Shown: positions 22,430-33,061 of the stretch, one piece after another
Layout of the letters: each line of letters opens with the position of its first letter
Position numbering within the stretch: position 1 is the first letter of the stretch
Source of the DNA: Nitrospiraceae bacterium
Lineage (GTDB): Bacteria > Nitrospirota > Nitrospiria > Nitrospirales > Nitrospiraceae
Assembly: GCA_039794185.1 (NCBI GenBank)
Contig: JBDIVW010000029.1
Span: 4,596-68,595 of the forward strand
Direction: 5' to 3'
Length of the DNA: 64,000 bases
Program-made: the position numbers and the translations under genes
Notes under the pieces: model-generated
Told to the model about the DNA's origin: nothing
Seen by the model: only the letters and a program-made list of their open reading frames with translations
Databases searched by the model: none

Positions 22430-23029
22430 TCAACGGTCGTGCATACACTCCGCGGGAGCAGAGCGACCGCCGCGGCCTCGCCCGCGCCACTGACCGGCGG
22501 CGCCTGAGGATGAGCGGGAGCGAGCGGCGGCCGCGGTCCGCTCGGCGTATCGTCGCCAGCCGAGCGTGAGGGTCAGCGCCCCGACGGTATCGGCCGCGAG
22601 GTCGGCGAGGTCGGCGGAACGCAACGGCACGAACGACTGGTGAATTTCATCGGTCGCGCCGTACAGGACGGCGCCGAGGATCGCCAGCCACCAGGCGTTC
22701 GCCGCCCACCACGGCCAGGCCGCCCAGCGAAACGCCCGGTACAACAGGATGCCGAGCACGCCGTACTCGACCGTATGGATCACCTTGTCGTTGACCGCGC
22801 CGAACCACGACGGGAGGTCCTCGTCCGGATGCGAAAGCGACGACAGATAGAAGATCAACCCCGCATAGCCGACGACGGGCAGCCAATAGAGCCAGCGCCG
22901 CTCATGGAGCGTTTCCCAGAAGGTGACGGCGCTGACGACACGATCCATGTCGACCGGCGTCCTCTCGGAGTGTTCGTCAGGAATCGGCTCGACACCCATG
23001 GCATGACATACTGAACTTCTGGTCGACAC
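22430..23029 (-). CDS. VanZ-like family membrane protein
   Basis: NDKVIHTVEYGVLGILLYRAF...DEIHQSFVPLRSADLADLAADTVGA. Start uncertain: 23029, 22999 or 22948. Confidence 0.65.
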   Translation of the reverse strand: MSTRSSVCHAMGVEPIPDEHSERTPVDMDRVVSAVTFWETLHERRWLYWLPVVGYAGLIFYLSSLSHPDEDLPSWFGAVNDKVIHTVEYGVLGILLYRAFRWAAWPWWAANAWWLAILGAVLYGATDEIHQSFVPLRSADLADLAADTVGALTLTLGWRRYAERTAAAARSRSSSGAAGQWRGRGRGGRSAPAECMHDR

Positions 23030-23049
23030 TCAACCAAAAACGTCCCGTC

Positions 23050-25254
23050 ATGAAACTCGCCTCGTTATGTTTTTTTTGGCACATGCACCAGCCGTACTAT
23101 ACCGACCCGGTGACGCGGTCCGCCAGCCTGCCGTGGGTCCGACTGCACGCGACCAAAGCCTACTACGACATGGCGTTCCAGCTCGATCGCTTCCCCAAGA
23201 TCGCGGCCACAGTCAACTTCACCCCCTCGCTCCTCCTGCAAATGGAGGAGCTCGCCTCCGGCGCCACGACCGATGTCTTCCTCGAACACGCGAGAAAGCC
23301 CGCGGCCGACCTGTCGCTCACGGAGCGCGCGTTCGTCGTGCGCCACTTCTTTTCGGCGAATTGGGCCACGATGGTGCGGCCCTACCCCCGCTACCAGGAA
23401 TTGCTCGTAAAGCGGGGCACCCGCGTATCGCCCGGGGACCTCGAGCGGCTCGCCCAGCGGTTCTCCGTCCAGGAACTCACGGATCTTCAGGTCTGGCACA
23501 ATTTGGCTTGGTTCGGCTACGGCGCCGCCGCCCGGCTCCCGCGCATCGAGGAGCTGCGCCGGAAGGGCCGCGGGTTCACCGAGGCCGAGAAGCAGGAGGT
23601 CCTGGCCGCACAAATCGCAATCCTGAACGATGTCGTGCCGCTCTATCGGAACCTGGCCGGCCGCGGGCAGGTGGAACTCACGACGACGCCGTTCTACCAT
23701 CCCATCCTCCCCCTGCTGATCGACATAGAATCGGCGCGACGCGCCCTGCCGCATCTGCCCGCGCTGCCGCGCCTGCAGGCGCCGGCCGACGCCGAGGCGC
23801 AGATCCGGAAGGCCGTCGATTTTCACACCCGCGTCTTCGGCCAAACGCCCACGGGGCTCTGGCCGTCTGAAGGCTCGGTCTCTCCCGAGCTCGTGCCGCT
23901 GATCCACGAAGCCGGCTTCACCTGGTTCGCCACGGACGAAGGGAACCTGCAACACTCGTTGGCCATGCAACACCGTGGGTGGAATCGCACAGCCATGCTG
24001 TATCAACCCTATCGGGTCGGTGCCGAAGGGCAGGCGGTCAACCTCGTGTTCCGCGATCGTGAGCTGTCCGACGCCTTCGGATTCTCCTATCACAAGACCT
24101 TGGCCCACCTGGCCGTGGAAGACGCGCTCGGCCGCTTCCGTCAGATCGCCCAGCAGGCACCCGGCGAGCGCGTGCTCATCCCGGTCATTCTGGACGGAGA
24201 GAATCCCTGGGAGCATTACCATCAGGGCGGCGAGGAGTTCCTGAATCTGCTCTACGAGCGGTTGAGCCGGGAACCCCTCCGGACGACCGGCGACGATCGA
24301 GTCGTCACCGACTCCATGGCGCGCGCGATCGAAGGCTTTCCCCAGCCGCTCGCGCTCTCCGACCTGCACACCGGAAGCTGGATCAACTCCGATTTTCGCA
24401 TCTGGATCGGGCATCCGGAGGATCGACGGGCCTGGGAGCTGCTCGCGCACACGCGCCAGCGTCTGGTGGAGATCACCCCCTCCCTGCCGCCGGAGCACGC
24501 GAAGGCCGCGTGGGAAGAACTCTACGCGGCGGAAGGGAGCGACTGGTTTTGGTGGTACGGCGACGAGTTCGAAACCGATTTCAAACTCGAGTTCGATCGG
24601 CTCTTTCGCACGCATCTGCGGAACGTCTGGATCCGCGCCGGTCTGATCCCTCCCGACCACTTGCACCGCCCCCTGATCGATGCGGCTCCGTTTCTGCTTC
24701 CGGACCTCGTGCAGTTCCCCACGAGCTTGATCACTCCTCTGCTCGACGGCCGGGTCACCGACTTTTTCGAATGGCGCGGCGCGGGAACGATTCGCGCCGC
24801 CGCCCCCCTGGGCGCCATGTGGACGGCCGGGACGTTCTTCTCGCGGATCGTGTTCGGGTTCAGCCTCGACCGCCTCTTCCTGAGACTCGACCCCGACCCG
24901 AGTCTCGCCCAACATTCGGGCCCGCTCCAAGTCGAGTGGGACATCGGCACGGACGAACAGGCCTACAAGTTGACGTTTCCGCTCGTGCCGTCCGAGCCGG
25001 CGATATTGACCCTGTGGGTGGGGACGCCCGGCCACGAGCTGCTGCGACAGGGCGAATTCCACACGATCGCCCGCACCCGCATCATCGAAGCCGCAGTGGC
25101 GTTCCAAGAGCTTCGTTTGGAACCAGGGCAATCGTTCCGCTTCAGTGTCGTCGTGACCCGTCACGGCATGGAGCAGGCGCGATATCCCGTGAACGAGCCG
25201 GTGACATTACAGGTGCCGACCGAGCACTTCGATGCTATGATGTGGCGGGTATGA
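23050..25254 (+). CDS. glycoside hydrolase family 57 alpha-glucan-active enzyme
   Basis: N-terminal FFWHMHQPYY and downstream GH57-like regions (WPSEGSVS, DGENPWE). 734 aa. Confidence 0.8.
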   Translation: MKLASLCFFWHMHQPYYTDPVTRSASLPWVRLHATKAYYDMAFQLDRFPKIAATVNFTPSLLLQMEELASGATTDVFLEHARKPAADLSLTERAFVVRHFFSANWATMVRPYPRYQELLVKRGTRVSPGDLERLAQRFSVQELTDLQVWHNLAWFGYGAAARLPRIEELRRKGRGFTEAEKQEVLAAQIAILNDVVPLYRNLAGRGQVELTTTPFYHPILPLLIDIESARRALPHLPALPRLQAPADAEAQIRKAVDFHTRVFGQTPTGLWPSEGSVSPELVPLIHEAGFTWFATDEGNLQHSLAMQHRGWNRTAMLYQPYRVGAEGQAVNLVFRDRELSDAFGFSYHKTLAHLAVEDALGRFRQIAQQAPGERVLIPVILDGENPWEHYHQGGEEFLNLLYERLSREPLRTTGDDRVVTDSMARAIEGFPQPLALSDLHTGSWINSDFRIWIGHPEDRRAWELLAHTRQRLVEITPSLPPEHAKAAWEELYAAEGSDWFWWYGDEFETDFKLEFDRLFRTHLRNVWIRAGLIPPDHLHRPLIDAAPFLLPDLVQFPTSLITPLLDGRVTDFFEWRGAGTIRAAAPLGAMWTAGTFFSRIVFGFSLDRLFLRLDPDPSLAQHSGPLQVEWDIGTDEQAYKLTFPLVPSEPAILTLWVGTPGHELLRQGEFHTIARTRIIEAAVAFQELRLEPGQSFRFSVVVTRHGMEQARYPVNEPVTLQVPTEHFDAMMWRV

Positions 25255-25263
25255 TAAAGAAGC

Positions 25264-25305
25264 GCTGAGTGCTGAGTGCTGAGTGCTGAGTGCTGAGTGC
25301 TGAGT
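25264..25305. repeat. perfect heptanucleotide tandem repeat (GCTGAGT) x 6
   Basis: Read directly. Starts 10 nt after the GH57 stop and ends exactly where the GGAGG RBS of galT begins (25306..25310). Confidence 0.98.
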
Positions 25306-25314
25306 GGAGGAAGC

Positions 25315-26319
25315 ATGCCAGAGCTTCGTCGCGATCCGGTCGTGGGCCGATGGGTGATCATCTCGAACGATCGCTCGGCGCGTCCCCGCGATTTCGAGCC
25401 CCGGGAGGCGCCGCGTCCGACCAGCACGGCCTTGTGTCCCTTTTGCCCCGGGCAGGAATTGCTCACGCCGGGTGAAATTCTCGCCTACCGGCCCCAGCCC
25501 AGCGAGGCGAACAGCCCGGGGTGGAGCCTCCGGGTCATTCCCAACAAGTTTCCGGCCCTCCAGGTGGAGGGCGACCTGGCCCGCGAGGGATTGGGCATTT
25601 ACGATCGGATGAACGGCATCGGCGCCCACGAGGTCATCATCGAAACATCTTCGCACAAGGATGCACTGGCCGACCTCCCCGCGAAGCAGATCGAAGACGT
25701 CCTGTGGGCCTATCGCGACCGCTTGATCGACCTGAAGAAAGACCTCCGGTTCCGATACATCTTGATTTTCAAAAACCATGGGATGAGCGCCGGGGCCACG
25801 TTGGAACATTCGCATTCGCAGCTCATCGCGCTCCCCATCGTGCCTACCAGCGTCGGGGACGAACTTCGCGCCTGCCGGGATCACTACCTCGAAAAGGAAC
25901 GCTGCTTGTATTGCGACATCATCAGACAGGAACTGACCGACGGGGGGCGCATCGTGGCGGAGAATCCGGAGTTCGTGACCGTCACCCCCTACGCGCCGCG
26001 GTTTCCCTTCGAAATGTGGATTCTGCCGAAGCGCCATGCCGCCTACTACGAGGAAAGCCAGCGGGCCCAATTCGAGCTGCTGGCGCCGATGCTGTCGGAA
26101 GTCTTGCGACGGATGGATCGCGTGCTTGCCAGGCCTGCCTACAACTATATCCTCCACACCTCCCCGCTCCACGAGGCGAGCGGTCCCTATTATCATTGGC
26201 ACGTGGAGATCATTCCCAAACTCACGCAGGTCGCCGGTTTCGAGTGGGGCACCGGTTTCTACATCAACCCCGTCTCGCCGGAGGAATCCGCGAAAGCCCT
26301 GCGCGAAGTCACGCCCTGA
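25315..26319 (+). CDS. galT: galactose-1-phosphate uridylyltransferase-like HIT-family nucleotidyltransferase
   Basis: CPFCPG zinc motif and HSHSQL (HxHxQ) active site. Start at ATG 25315, five nt after GGAGG. Confidence 0.85.
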   Translation: MPELRRDPVVGRWVIISNDRSARPRDFEPREAPRPTSTALCPFCPGQELLTPGEILAYRPQPSEANSPGWSLRVIPNKFPALQVEGDLAREGLGIYDRMNGIGAHEVIIETSSHKDALADLPAKQIEDVLWAYRDRLIDLKKDLRFRYILIFKNHGMSAGATLEHSHSQLIALPIVPTSVGDELRACRDHYLEKERCLYCDIIRQELTDGGRIVAENPEFVTVTPYAPRFPFEMWILPKRHAAYYEESQRAQFELLAPMLSEVLRRMDRVLARPAYNYILHTSPLHEASGPYYHWHVEIIPKLTQVAGFEWGTGFYINPVSPEESAKALREVTP

Positions 26320-26390
26320 GGCATCAGGGCCGCCGACACCCGTTCTCCGGTCGATTGCATTCCAGCCGAAGCGCGGCATATCATCAGCGG

Positions 26391-26636
26391 ATGCGCGTGC
26401 GCGTGAGTCATCCGGACCGGGAACTCGAACTCCAAGGCCCCAAGAAGGTCCGGGACGTGCTGCGCGAACTCAACCTCGTGGTGGAAGCGCATTTGGTGAT
26501 CCGCGGCAACGACCTAGTGACCGAAGACGAACTGCTCGCGGACCGCGACACCATCGAAATTCGCCCGGTCATCTCCGGCGGCGCGCCTGAGCCACGTCAT
26601 TGGTCATCCGTCCATCGAATGAGTCGCTGCCCGTGA
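26391..26636 (+). CDS. ThiS/MoaD/TtuB-like ubiquitin-fold sulfur-carrier protein with a 17-aa extension after Gly-Gly
   Basis: MRVRVSHPDRELELQGPKKVRDVLRELNLVVEAHLVIRGNDLVTEDELLADRDTIEIRPVISGG-APEPRHWSSVHRMSRCP. The beta-grasp-like pattern ends in GG at codons 63-64. Located directly upstream of the TtuA-like gene. Confidence 0.55.
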   Translation: MRVRVSHPDRELELQGPKKVRDVLRELNLVVEAHLVIRGNDLVTEDELLADRDTIEIRPVISGGAPEPRHWSSVHRMSRCP

Positions 26637-26687
26637 GGCTTCCGCGAATGACGATTGACCTTTGATGAGCGACGAACTGCTGACGTC

Positions 26688-27626
26688 ATGAACTGCACCA
26701 AGTGCAAAATCAAGGCGGTCATCGGGCTGCCCCGGCACAACGCCGCCTTCTGCAAGCCCTGCTTCGTGGCGTACGTGCACGAGCAGGTCGCGAAGGCCAT
26801 TCGCCACGATCGGATGTTCGGCAAAGACCAACGCATCCTGGTCGCCGTCTCGGGCGGGAAGGACAGTCTGGCCTTGTGGGACATCCTGCTGAGGCTGGGA
26901 TATCGGGCGGACGCCCTGTATGTCGATCTGGGTATCTCTGGTTATTCCACGCGGTCCCGCGACAAGGTGGTGCGCTACGCGGAGACAGCGGCCGCGACGG
27001 CGGGCGCCAAGCTGCTGCAGCACGAAGTGCAGGAAGAGGAAGGCGCGGGCATCCGTGAGCTCGCCGTGCTCATCAACCGCCCGACCTGCTCGGCGTGCGG
27101 CACCATTAAACGGTACCAGTTCAACCGCGCCGCGATCGAGCATCACTACGACGTGATGGCCACGGGCCACAATCTCGATGACGAGGCGGCCCGACTGTTG
27201 GGCAACGTCCTCCATTGGCAGGAAGAGTATCTCGACAAGCAAGGTCCCAGTTTGCCGGCCTCGGTCGAAGGCTTCGCCAAGAAGGTCAAGCCGCTGTATC
27301 GATTGACGGAGCGCGAAACGGCCGCCTACGCCATCCTGAACGGCATCGACTACGTCGTCGAAGAATGTCCCATGGCGAAGGGCTCCAAGATGCTGCTCTA
27401 CAAGGAAGTGCTCAATCGTCTCGAAACCGAGTCGCCCGGGACCAAGCAACGATTCTATTGCGGGTTTCTCGATCGTCAGGCGACCGCCGAGCCCTCCGGC
27501 ACTTCCATGATCGAAAAGGATCGTGCCGTGCTGCACCCCTGCCCCACGTGCCGTCAGCCCACGACCGCCGAGGTTTGTTCGTACTGCAAGATGATGGCGC
27601 GGGCCAAATCCGCCGTGACCGGGTGA
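26688..27626 (+). CDS. ttuA: TtuA/Ncs6-family PP-loop tRNA 2-thiolation enzyme
   Basis: N-terminal Zn finger CTKC...CKPC, PP-loop AVSGGKDS, Fe-S ligands CSACG and EECP, C-terminal Zn finger CPTC...CSYC. Alternative ATG at 26655. Confidence 0.8.
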   Translation: MNCTKCKIKAVIGLPRHNAAFCKPCFVAYVHEQVAKAIRHDRMFGKDQRILVAVSGGKDSLALWDILLRLGYRADALYVDLGISGYSTRSRDKVVRYAETAAATAGAKLLQHEVQEEEGAGIRELAVLINRPTCSACGTIKRYQFNRAAIEHHYDVMATGHNLDDEAARLLGNVLHWQEEYLDKQGPSLPASVEGFAKKVKPLYRLTERETAAYAILNGIDYVVEECPMAKGSKMLLYKEVLNRLETESPGTKQRFYCGFLDRQATAEPSGTSMIEKDRAVLHPCPTCRQPTTAEVCSYCKMMARAKSAVTG

Positions 27627-27696
27627 CCGTTCTAGCCGTGCCCGGCTGCCGCCCTCACCGCTCCTGCGGACCCGGCGTCAAGCCGTCGTTCCGTAT

Positions 27697-27724
27697 TTGA
27701 GCAGACCCGTCTGATTGGTATATA
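27697..27724 (+). promoter_or_regulatory. candidate sigma70 promoter TTGAGC-16 nt-TATATA; the -10 ends 8 nt before the ATG
   Basis: TTGAGC at 27697..27702, TATATA at 27719..27724, ATG at 27733. No clear SD in between. Confidence 0.35.
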
Positions 27725-27732
27725 GGTAAACG

Positions 27733-29052
27733 ATGTGGTGTCCGGTCAAGGCGGTCCCGATTCTGGGCGCACTGGCGATCTGTGCGTCGCTCGTCTGTCA
27801 CGCCACCGGCGACGAGACGGCCACGGGGGCCTCCGCGCCGACGGTGATCCGATTCGTCTCCTGGAAGCCGGACTATCCCCGGGCCTGGGACGAAGCCATT
27901 CGGATCTTTACCGAGCGCCACCCGCATCTCCGCATCGAGCGCGAAATCGCCCCGCATTCCTCCACGGCCTACCACGACCTGCTGACCCAGAAACTCAAGA
28001 ATCGCGACCCCTCGGTGGACGTCTTCTTCATGGACGTCATCTGGGTCCCGGAGTTCGCCGCCGCCGGATGGGCGCGGCCGCTCAACGACCGGTTCACCGA
28101 GGCAAGCCAAGAGGCCTTTCTCCCGTCCACGCTGGAAGTCGGGCGCTACCACGGGCACCTGTACGGCGTCCCCAGCCGCATCGACGCCGGCCTGCTGTAT
28201 TACCGGGTCGACCTGCTCCGAAAATACGGGTTCGAGCCGCCGGGCACCTGGAACGAGTTGGTGCACCAGGCCACCACGATTCTCGATGGAGAACGGGCCG
28301 CCACGCCGACCCTGCGCGGCTACTCGGCCCAGTTCAAGCAGTACGAAGGCCTCGTCTGCAACATGCTGGAGTTCATCGGTAGTCACGGCGGCATCCTGAT
28401 CGACGAGGACCGTGGCGCCGCGCGGCTCTCGGATGAACGGACCTTGGCCGCGATCGAGTTCGTCCGCGCGCGCCTGCTGGGACCGCTCGCCTCCCGGGCA
28501 TTGCTGACCTATCAGGAACCGGAATCACTCGCCGCCTTCGCCCGAGGTAACGCCGTCTTCCATCGGAACTGGCCCTACGCGTGGGAAATCGCCAACAACC
28601 CGGATCGCTCCTCCATCGCCGGCCGGGTCGGCGCGGCCCCCTTGCCGGGAAGCGACGGGATCCCCGGCGTCGCGACGCTCGGCGGGTGGCTGCTCGGCAT
28701 CAGCTCGCTCTCGCGCCATGCGGACGAGGCCTGGGAGTTCATTTCGTTTCTCACCGGCCACGACATGCAACGGTTCTTTGCGCGGGAGGCGGGCATCGCG
28801 CCGTCTCGGACGGTGCTGTATGCGGACCCCGAGTTGTTGACGGCGAACCCGCAATGGCGGAGCCAGGCCGCCGTGCTGCACTCGGCCACGCCTCGTCCCC
28901 GCAGCCCTGTCTATCCGGCGCTCTCGCACATCATGCAACGGTTTTTCAGCCGCGCGCTGGCCTACCCCGGACTGGATCTCGAACCGGAGGCGCGGCGGGC
29001 CGAGCGCGAGATGAACCGGCTACTCGACCTGACCCGGAGCGAAGCGCCATGA
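27733..29052 (+). CDS. sugar ABC transporter substrate-binding protein (family 1 SBP)
   Basis: Signal peptide, then an SBP_bac_1-like sequence. Followed by two MalFG-type permeases and a MalK-like ATPase. Confidence 0.85.
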   Translation: MWCPVKAVPILGALAICASLVCHATGDETATGASAPTVIRFVSWKPDYPRAWDEAIRIFTERHPHLRIEREIAPHSSTAYHDLLTQKLKNRDPSVDVFFMDVIWVPEFAAAGWARPLNDRFTEASQEAFLPSTLEVGRYHGHLYGVPSRIDAGLLYYRVDLLRKYGFEPPGTWNELVHQATTILDGERAATPTLRGYSAQFKQYEGLVCNMLEFIGSHGGILIDEDRGAARLSDERTLAAIEFVRARLLGPLASRALLTYQEPESLAAFARGNAVFHRNWPYAWEIANNPDRSSIAGRVGAAPLPGSDGIPGVATLGGWLLGISSLSRHADEAWEFISFLTGHDMQRFFAREAGIAPSRTVLYADPELLTANPQWRSQAAVLHSATPRPRSPVYPALSHIMQRFFSRALAYPGLDLEPEARRAEREMNRLLDLTRSEAP

Positions 29053-29969
29053 ACGGGACCGCCCCCGCATCGGCGACGGCCCTCCGTCGCGACCGGCTGG
29101 CCGCCTGGGTGATGGTCGTCCCGGCCCTCCTCCTCACGCTGGCCTTCGCGCTCTACCCCGTCGCGCAGTCGCTGATGTCGAGTCTTCGCCGGCGGTTTCT
29201 CGGCGTGCCGGCGCTGGGCGACACGTTCGTCGGGTTGGAGAACTTCCGGCTCCTGGCGCAGGACCCCGTCGCGCACGATGCCTTCGCACGAACGTTGGGA
29301 TTCGTCCTGTTGTCGACCGTGCTGGAAGTCGCCCTCGGCGTGGCCATCGCGCTGGTGTTGCACGAACAGTTTCGCGGACGCGGATGGGTGCGGGCGGCCG
29401 CGCTGATCCCCTGGGCGATCCCGACGGTCGTCGCTTCTCAAATGTGGCGGTACATCTTCAACGATCAGTATGGCTTCGCCAATCTGCTGCTGTACAGGGA
29501 CCAGGTGGCGCGCTACGAGCCCTGGCTGGCTTCGCCCGCCTGGGCGTTCGCGATCATTATCTTCGCCGACGTCTGGAAGACCGCCTCGTTCGCAGGCCTG
29601 TTGGTCCTCGCCGGCCTCCAGGTGATCCCGGACGAGTTGTACGACGCGGCCAAGATCGACGGCGCGTCGGCCTGGCAACGCTTTTGGCACATTACGCTGC
29701 CCCTGCTCAAACCGGCCTTGCTGCTGGCGCTCCTGTTCAGGACGATGGATGCGTTTCGCGTCTTCGATCTGGTGTTCGTCATGACGCAAGGCGGACCGGG
29801 CGACGCGACGCAGGTCCTGCAATTCTACGGCTACAAGACGCTCTTCACCGAGGGACGCATGGGATACGGCGCGGCCATCTCGGTGAGCGTGTTCGCGGCC
29901 ATTTTCGCGTTGTCGTTGATCTACATCCGGACGGTGGGCTCACGGCTGCTCGGGAGGGAAGACCGATGA
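29049..29969 (+). CDS. sugar ABC transporter permease (MalF/UgpA-like)
   Basis: Inner part of ORF 28581..29969. EAA-like loop DELYDAAKIDGASAWQRFWHITLPLLKP. ATGA overlap with the SBP stop. Confidence 0.9.
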   Translation: MNGTAPASATALRRDRLAAWVMVVPALLLTLAFALYPVAQSLMSSLRRRFLGVPALGDTFVGLENFRLLAQDPVAHDAFARTLGFVLLSTVLEVALGVAIALVLHEQFRGRGWVRAAALIPWAIPTVVASQMWRYIFNDQYGFANLLLYRDQVARYEPWLASPAWAFAIIIFADVWKTASFAGLLVLAGLQVIPDELYDAAKIDGASAWQRFWHITLPLLKPALLLALLFRTMDAFRVFDLVFVMTQGGPGDATQVLQFYGYKTLFTEGRMGYGAAISVSVFAAIFALSLIYIRTVGSRLLGREDR

Positions 29970-30781
29970 CGTCGCGCCTCCCGCTCCGCCTGGGGATCGC
30001 CGGCCTGGTCCTGGGCAGTCTGTTCCCGTTCGTGTGGTTTCTCATCACGTCGCTCAAGTCCCAGCATGAGATCGAAGCCGTGCCGCCCACCTGGTGGCCC
30101 TCCGGCAGCCTGGAGTTCTACCGCACCGCCCTCTTCGACCATCACCTCCTCGACTACGTACTGAACAGCGTCATCGTGGCCGGCGGCACGACGCTGCTCT
30201 CGCTGGTGGTTGGCACCCCGGCGGCCTACGCCTTGGCCTGCCTCCGGCTGCCGGGGCAGCGCTGGTTGATGGGCGGCCTGTTGTGCATCTCGATGTTTCC
30301 TCAAATCGCGATCGCCGGCCCCATCTGGGAAATCCTCAACCGGATCGGCGGACTGAACACCCATTGGGGGGTGATGTTGCCCTACGTGACGCTGACGTTG
30401 CCGATGGCGATCTGGATTCTGGCCAGTTTTTTCGCGGAACTCCCCACCGAGCTCGAGGAAGCCGCGCAGGTCGACGGCTGCTCGGCTTGGAGCGCCCTCT
30501 GGCGGATCATGCTGCCGCTGGCGACCCCCGGGATCTTCACCGCGTCGATTCTCGTCTTCATCTATGCCTGGAACGAATTCTTCTTCGCGCTGCTCATCCT
30601 GACCAGGCCCGAGCAGCAGACGCTGCCGGTCGGTATTGCGCTGTTTCAGGGGGAGTTCACGATGCCGTGGGGCGAATTGGCCGCTGCCGCCGTTCTGGCG
30701 ACCTTACCGCTGGTCCTCTTGGTCATCCTGTTTCAGCGCTGGATCGTCAGCGGGCTGTCCGCCGGAGCCGTCAAGGGGTGA
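29966..30781 (+). CDS. sugar ABC transporter permease (MalG/UgpE-like)
   Basis: Inner part of ORF 29384..30781. ELEEAAQVDGCSAWSALWRIMLPLATPG. ATGA overlap with the upstream permease. Confidence 0.9.
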   Translation: MTSRLPLRLGIAGLVLGSLFPFVWFLITSLKSQHEIEAVPPTWWPSGSLEFYRTALFDHHLLDYVLNSVIVAGGTTLLSLVVGTPAAYALACLRLPGQRWLMGGLLCISMFPQIAIAGPIWEILNRIGGLNTHWGVMLPYVTLTLPMAIWILASFFAELPTELEEAAQVDGCSAWSALWRIMLPLATPGIFTASILVFIYAWNEFFFALLILTRPEQQTLPVGIALFQGEFTMPWGELAAAAVLATLPLVLLVILFQRWIVSGLSAGAVKG

Positions 30782-30784
30782 ATC

Positions 30785-31873
<1,089 letters not shown>

Positions 31874-32072
31874 ACCGCGTCGTCACGGTCCCAACGGACG
31901 GAATCGCCGCGGGGACGCCGACGCTCTGACGCGAATCGGGGTTCCCTGTCGCAAGCGTCCGCGACACCAAGAGATGCCTTGAAAAGCACCGGGAGACGCC
32001 GTAAGCTGCCACAAGAACCATGCGTCTACGCATTTCTCAGGTGAATCCCGACACCCGGTCCGGCTCCCACGC

Positions 32073-33056
32073 ATGACGTCCCAACGAGACTATTACGAGG
32101 TGCTCGGCGTAGCGCGTAACGCCACGGCCGACGACATCAAGAAGGCCTTCAGGCGCTTGGCCCGCCAATACCATCCCGACTTGCATACCGGGGCCAAGAA
32201 AACCGAAATGGAGCGGAAATTCAAGGAGTTGAATGAAGCGCACGAAGTCCTGAGCGATCCGGAGACCCGCAAGAAATACGATCGGTACGGCCACCGCTGG
32301 AGCGAAGCGGAGGCCTTCGAGCGCGCCCGGCAGCAAGCGGGCGCGGGCGGCCGATCACCGTTCGGCGGGATGCGCCAGCCGGAGGACGTGGAAATCCATT
32401 ACGGCGGCGACTTCGGCGATATTTTCGAATCGTTCTTCGGCCGCGGCGCCCGAAGCGGCCGAGGCACACGGGGAGCGCCGGCGAAGGGACAGGATACCGA
32501 GGCCGAAGTCCTCCTGTCCCTGCACGAAGTCCTGACTGGCACGGTGACCCGCATTCAGGTCGCGGAACATGCGCCCAACGGCCGGCTGGAACTCAAAACG
32601 ATCGACGTCAAGATTCCAGCCGGCGTTCAAGAAGGCACACGCGTGCGGGTCCCGGGAAAGGGTCATCCGGGCCTGAACGGCGGCAAGCGCGGCGATCTCT
32701 ATCTGAAAGTGAATATCAGCGAGGACCCCGTCTTTCGACGGCAGGGCAGCGACTTACACGTGACCCTCCCGGTGTGGCCGTGGGAGGCCGCTCTCGGGGG
32801 AGACGTCACGGCGCCTACTCTGTCCGATCCGGTCAAGGTCCGCGTCCCGTCCGGGAGCCAGACGGGCAGCAAGCTCCGGCTGAAAGGCAAAGGCTTGCCC
32901 ACCGCGTCCGGGGGCCACGGGGACTTGTTTTACACGCTGCAGGTAGTGATGCCCGCGTCCTACTCGGACGAGGACCGCAAGCTCTACGAGCAACTGGCGC
33001 GAGGTCCGCACCCGGACCCTCGGGCCGACCTGCTTCGCACCGCCCGCCGTGCCTGA
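32073..33056 (+). CDS. cbpA: J-domain protein without zinc-finger region (CbpA-like co-chaperone)
   Basis: [33 protein letters not shown]-like linker, DnaJ C-terminal domains. No CxxCxGxG repeats. Confidence 0.8.
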   Translation: MTSQRDYYEVLGVARNATADDIKKAFRRLARQYHPDLHTGAKKTEMERKFKELNEAHEVLSDPETRKKYDRYGHRWSEAEAFERARQQAGAGGRSPFGGMRQPEDVEIHYGGDFGDIFESFFGRGARSGRGTRGAPAKGQDTEAEVLLSLHEVLTGTVTRIQVAEHAPNGRLELKTIDVKIPAGVQEGTRVRVPGKGHPGLNGGKRGDLYLKVNISEDPVFRRQGSDLHVTLPVWPWEAALGGDVTAPTLSDPVKVRVPSGSQTGSKLRLKGKGLPTASGGHGDLFYTLQVVMPASYSDEDRKLYEQLARGPHPDPRADLLRTARRA

Positions 33057-33061
33057 TCCGC

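Noticed and set aside
23065-25164. 699-aa minus-strand ORF antisense to the GH57 gene
   Set aside because: No motifs and a biased composition. The GH57 strand has the family hallmarks.
25264-25305. The heptamer array as a possible CRISPR or coding repeat (STQHSAL repeats in ORF 25161-25466)
   Set aside because: The units are contiguous 7-mers with no spacers, so it is not a CRISPR. The ORF containing them is antisense to the GH57 and galT ends and has no other support.
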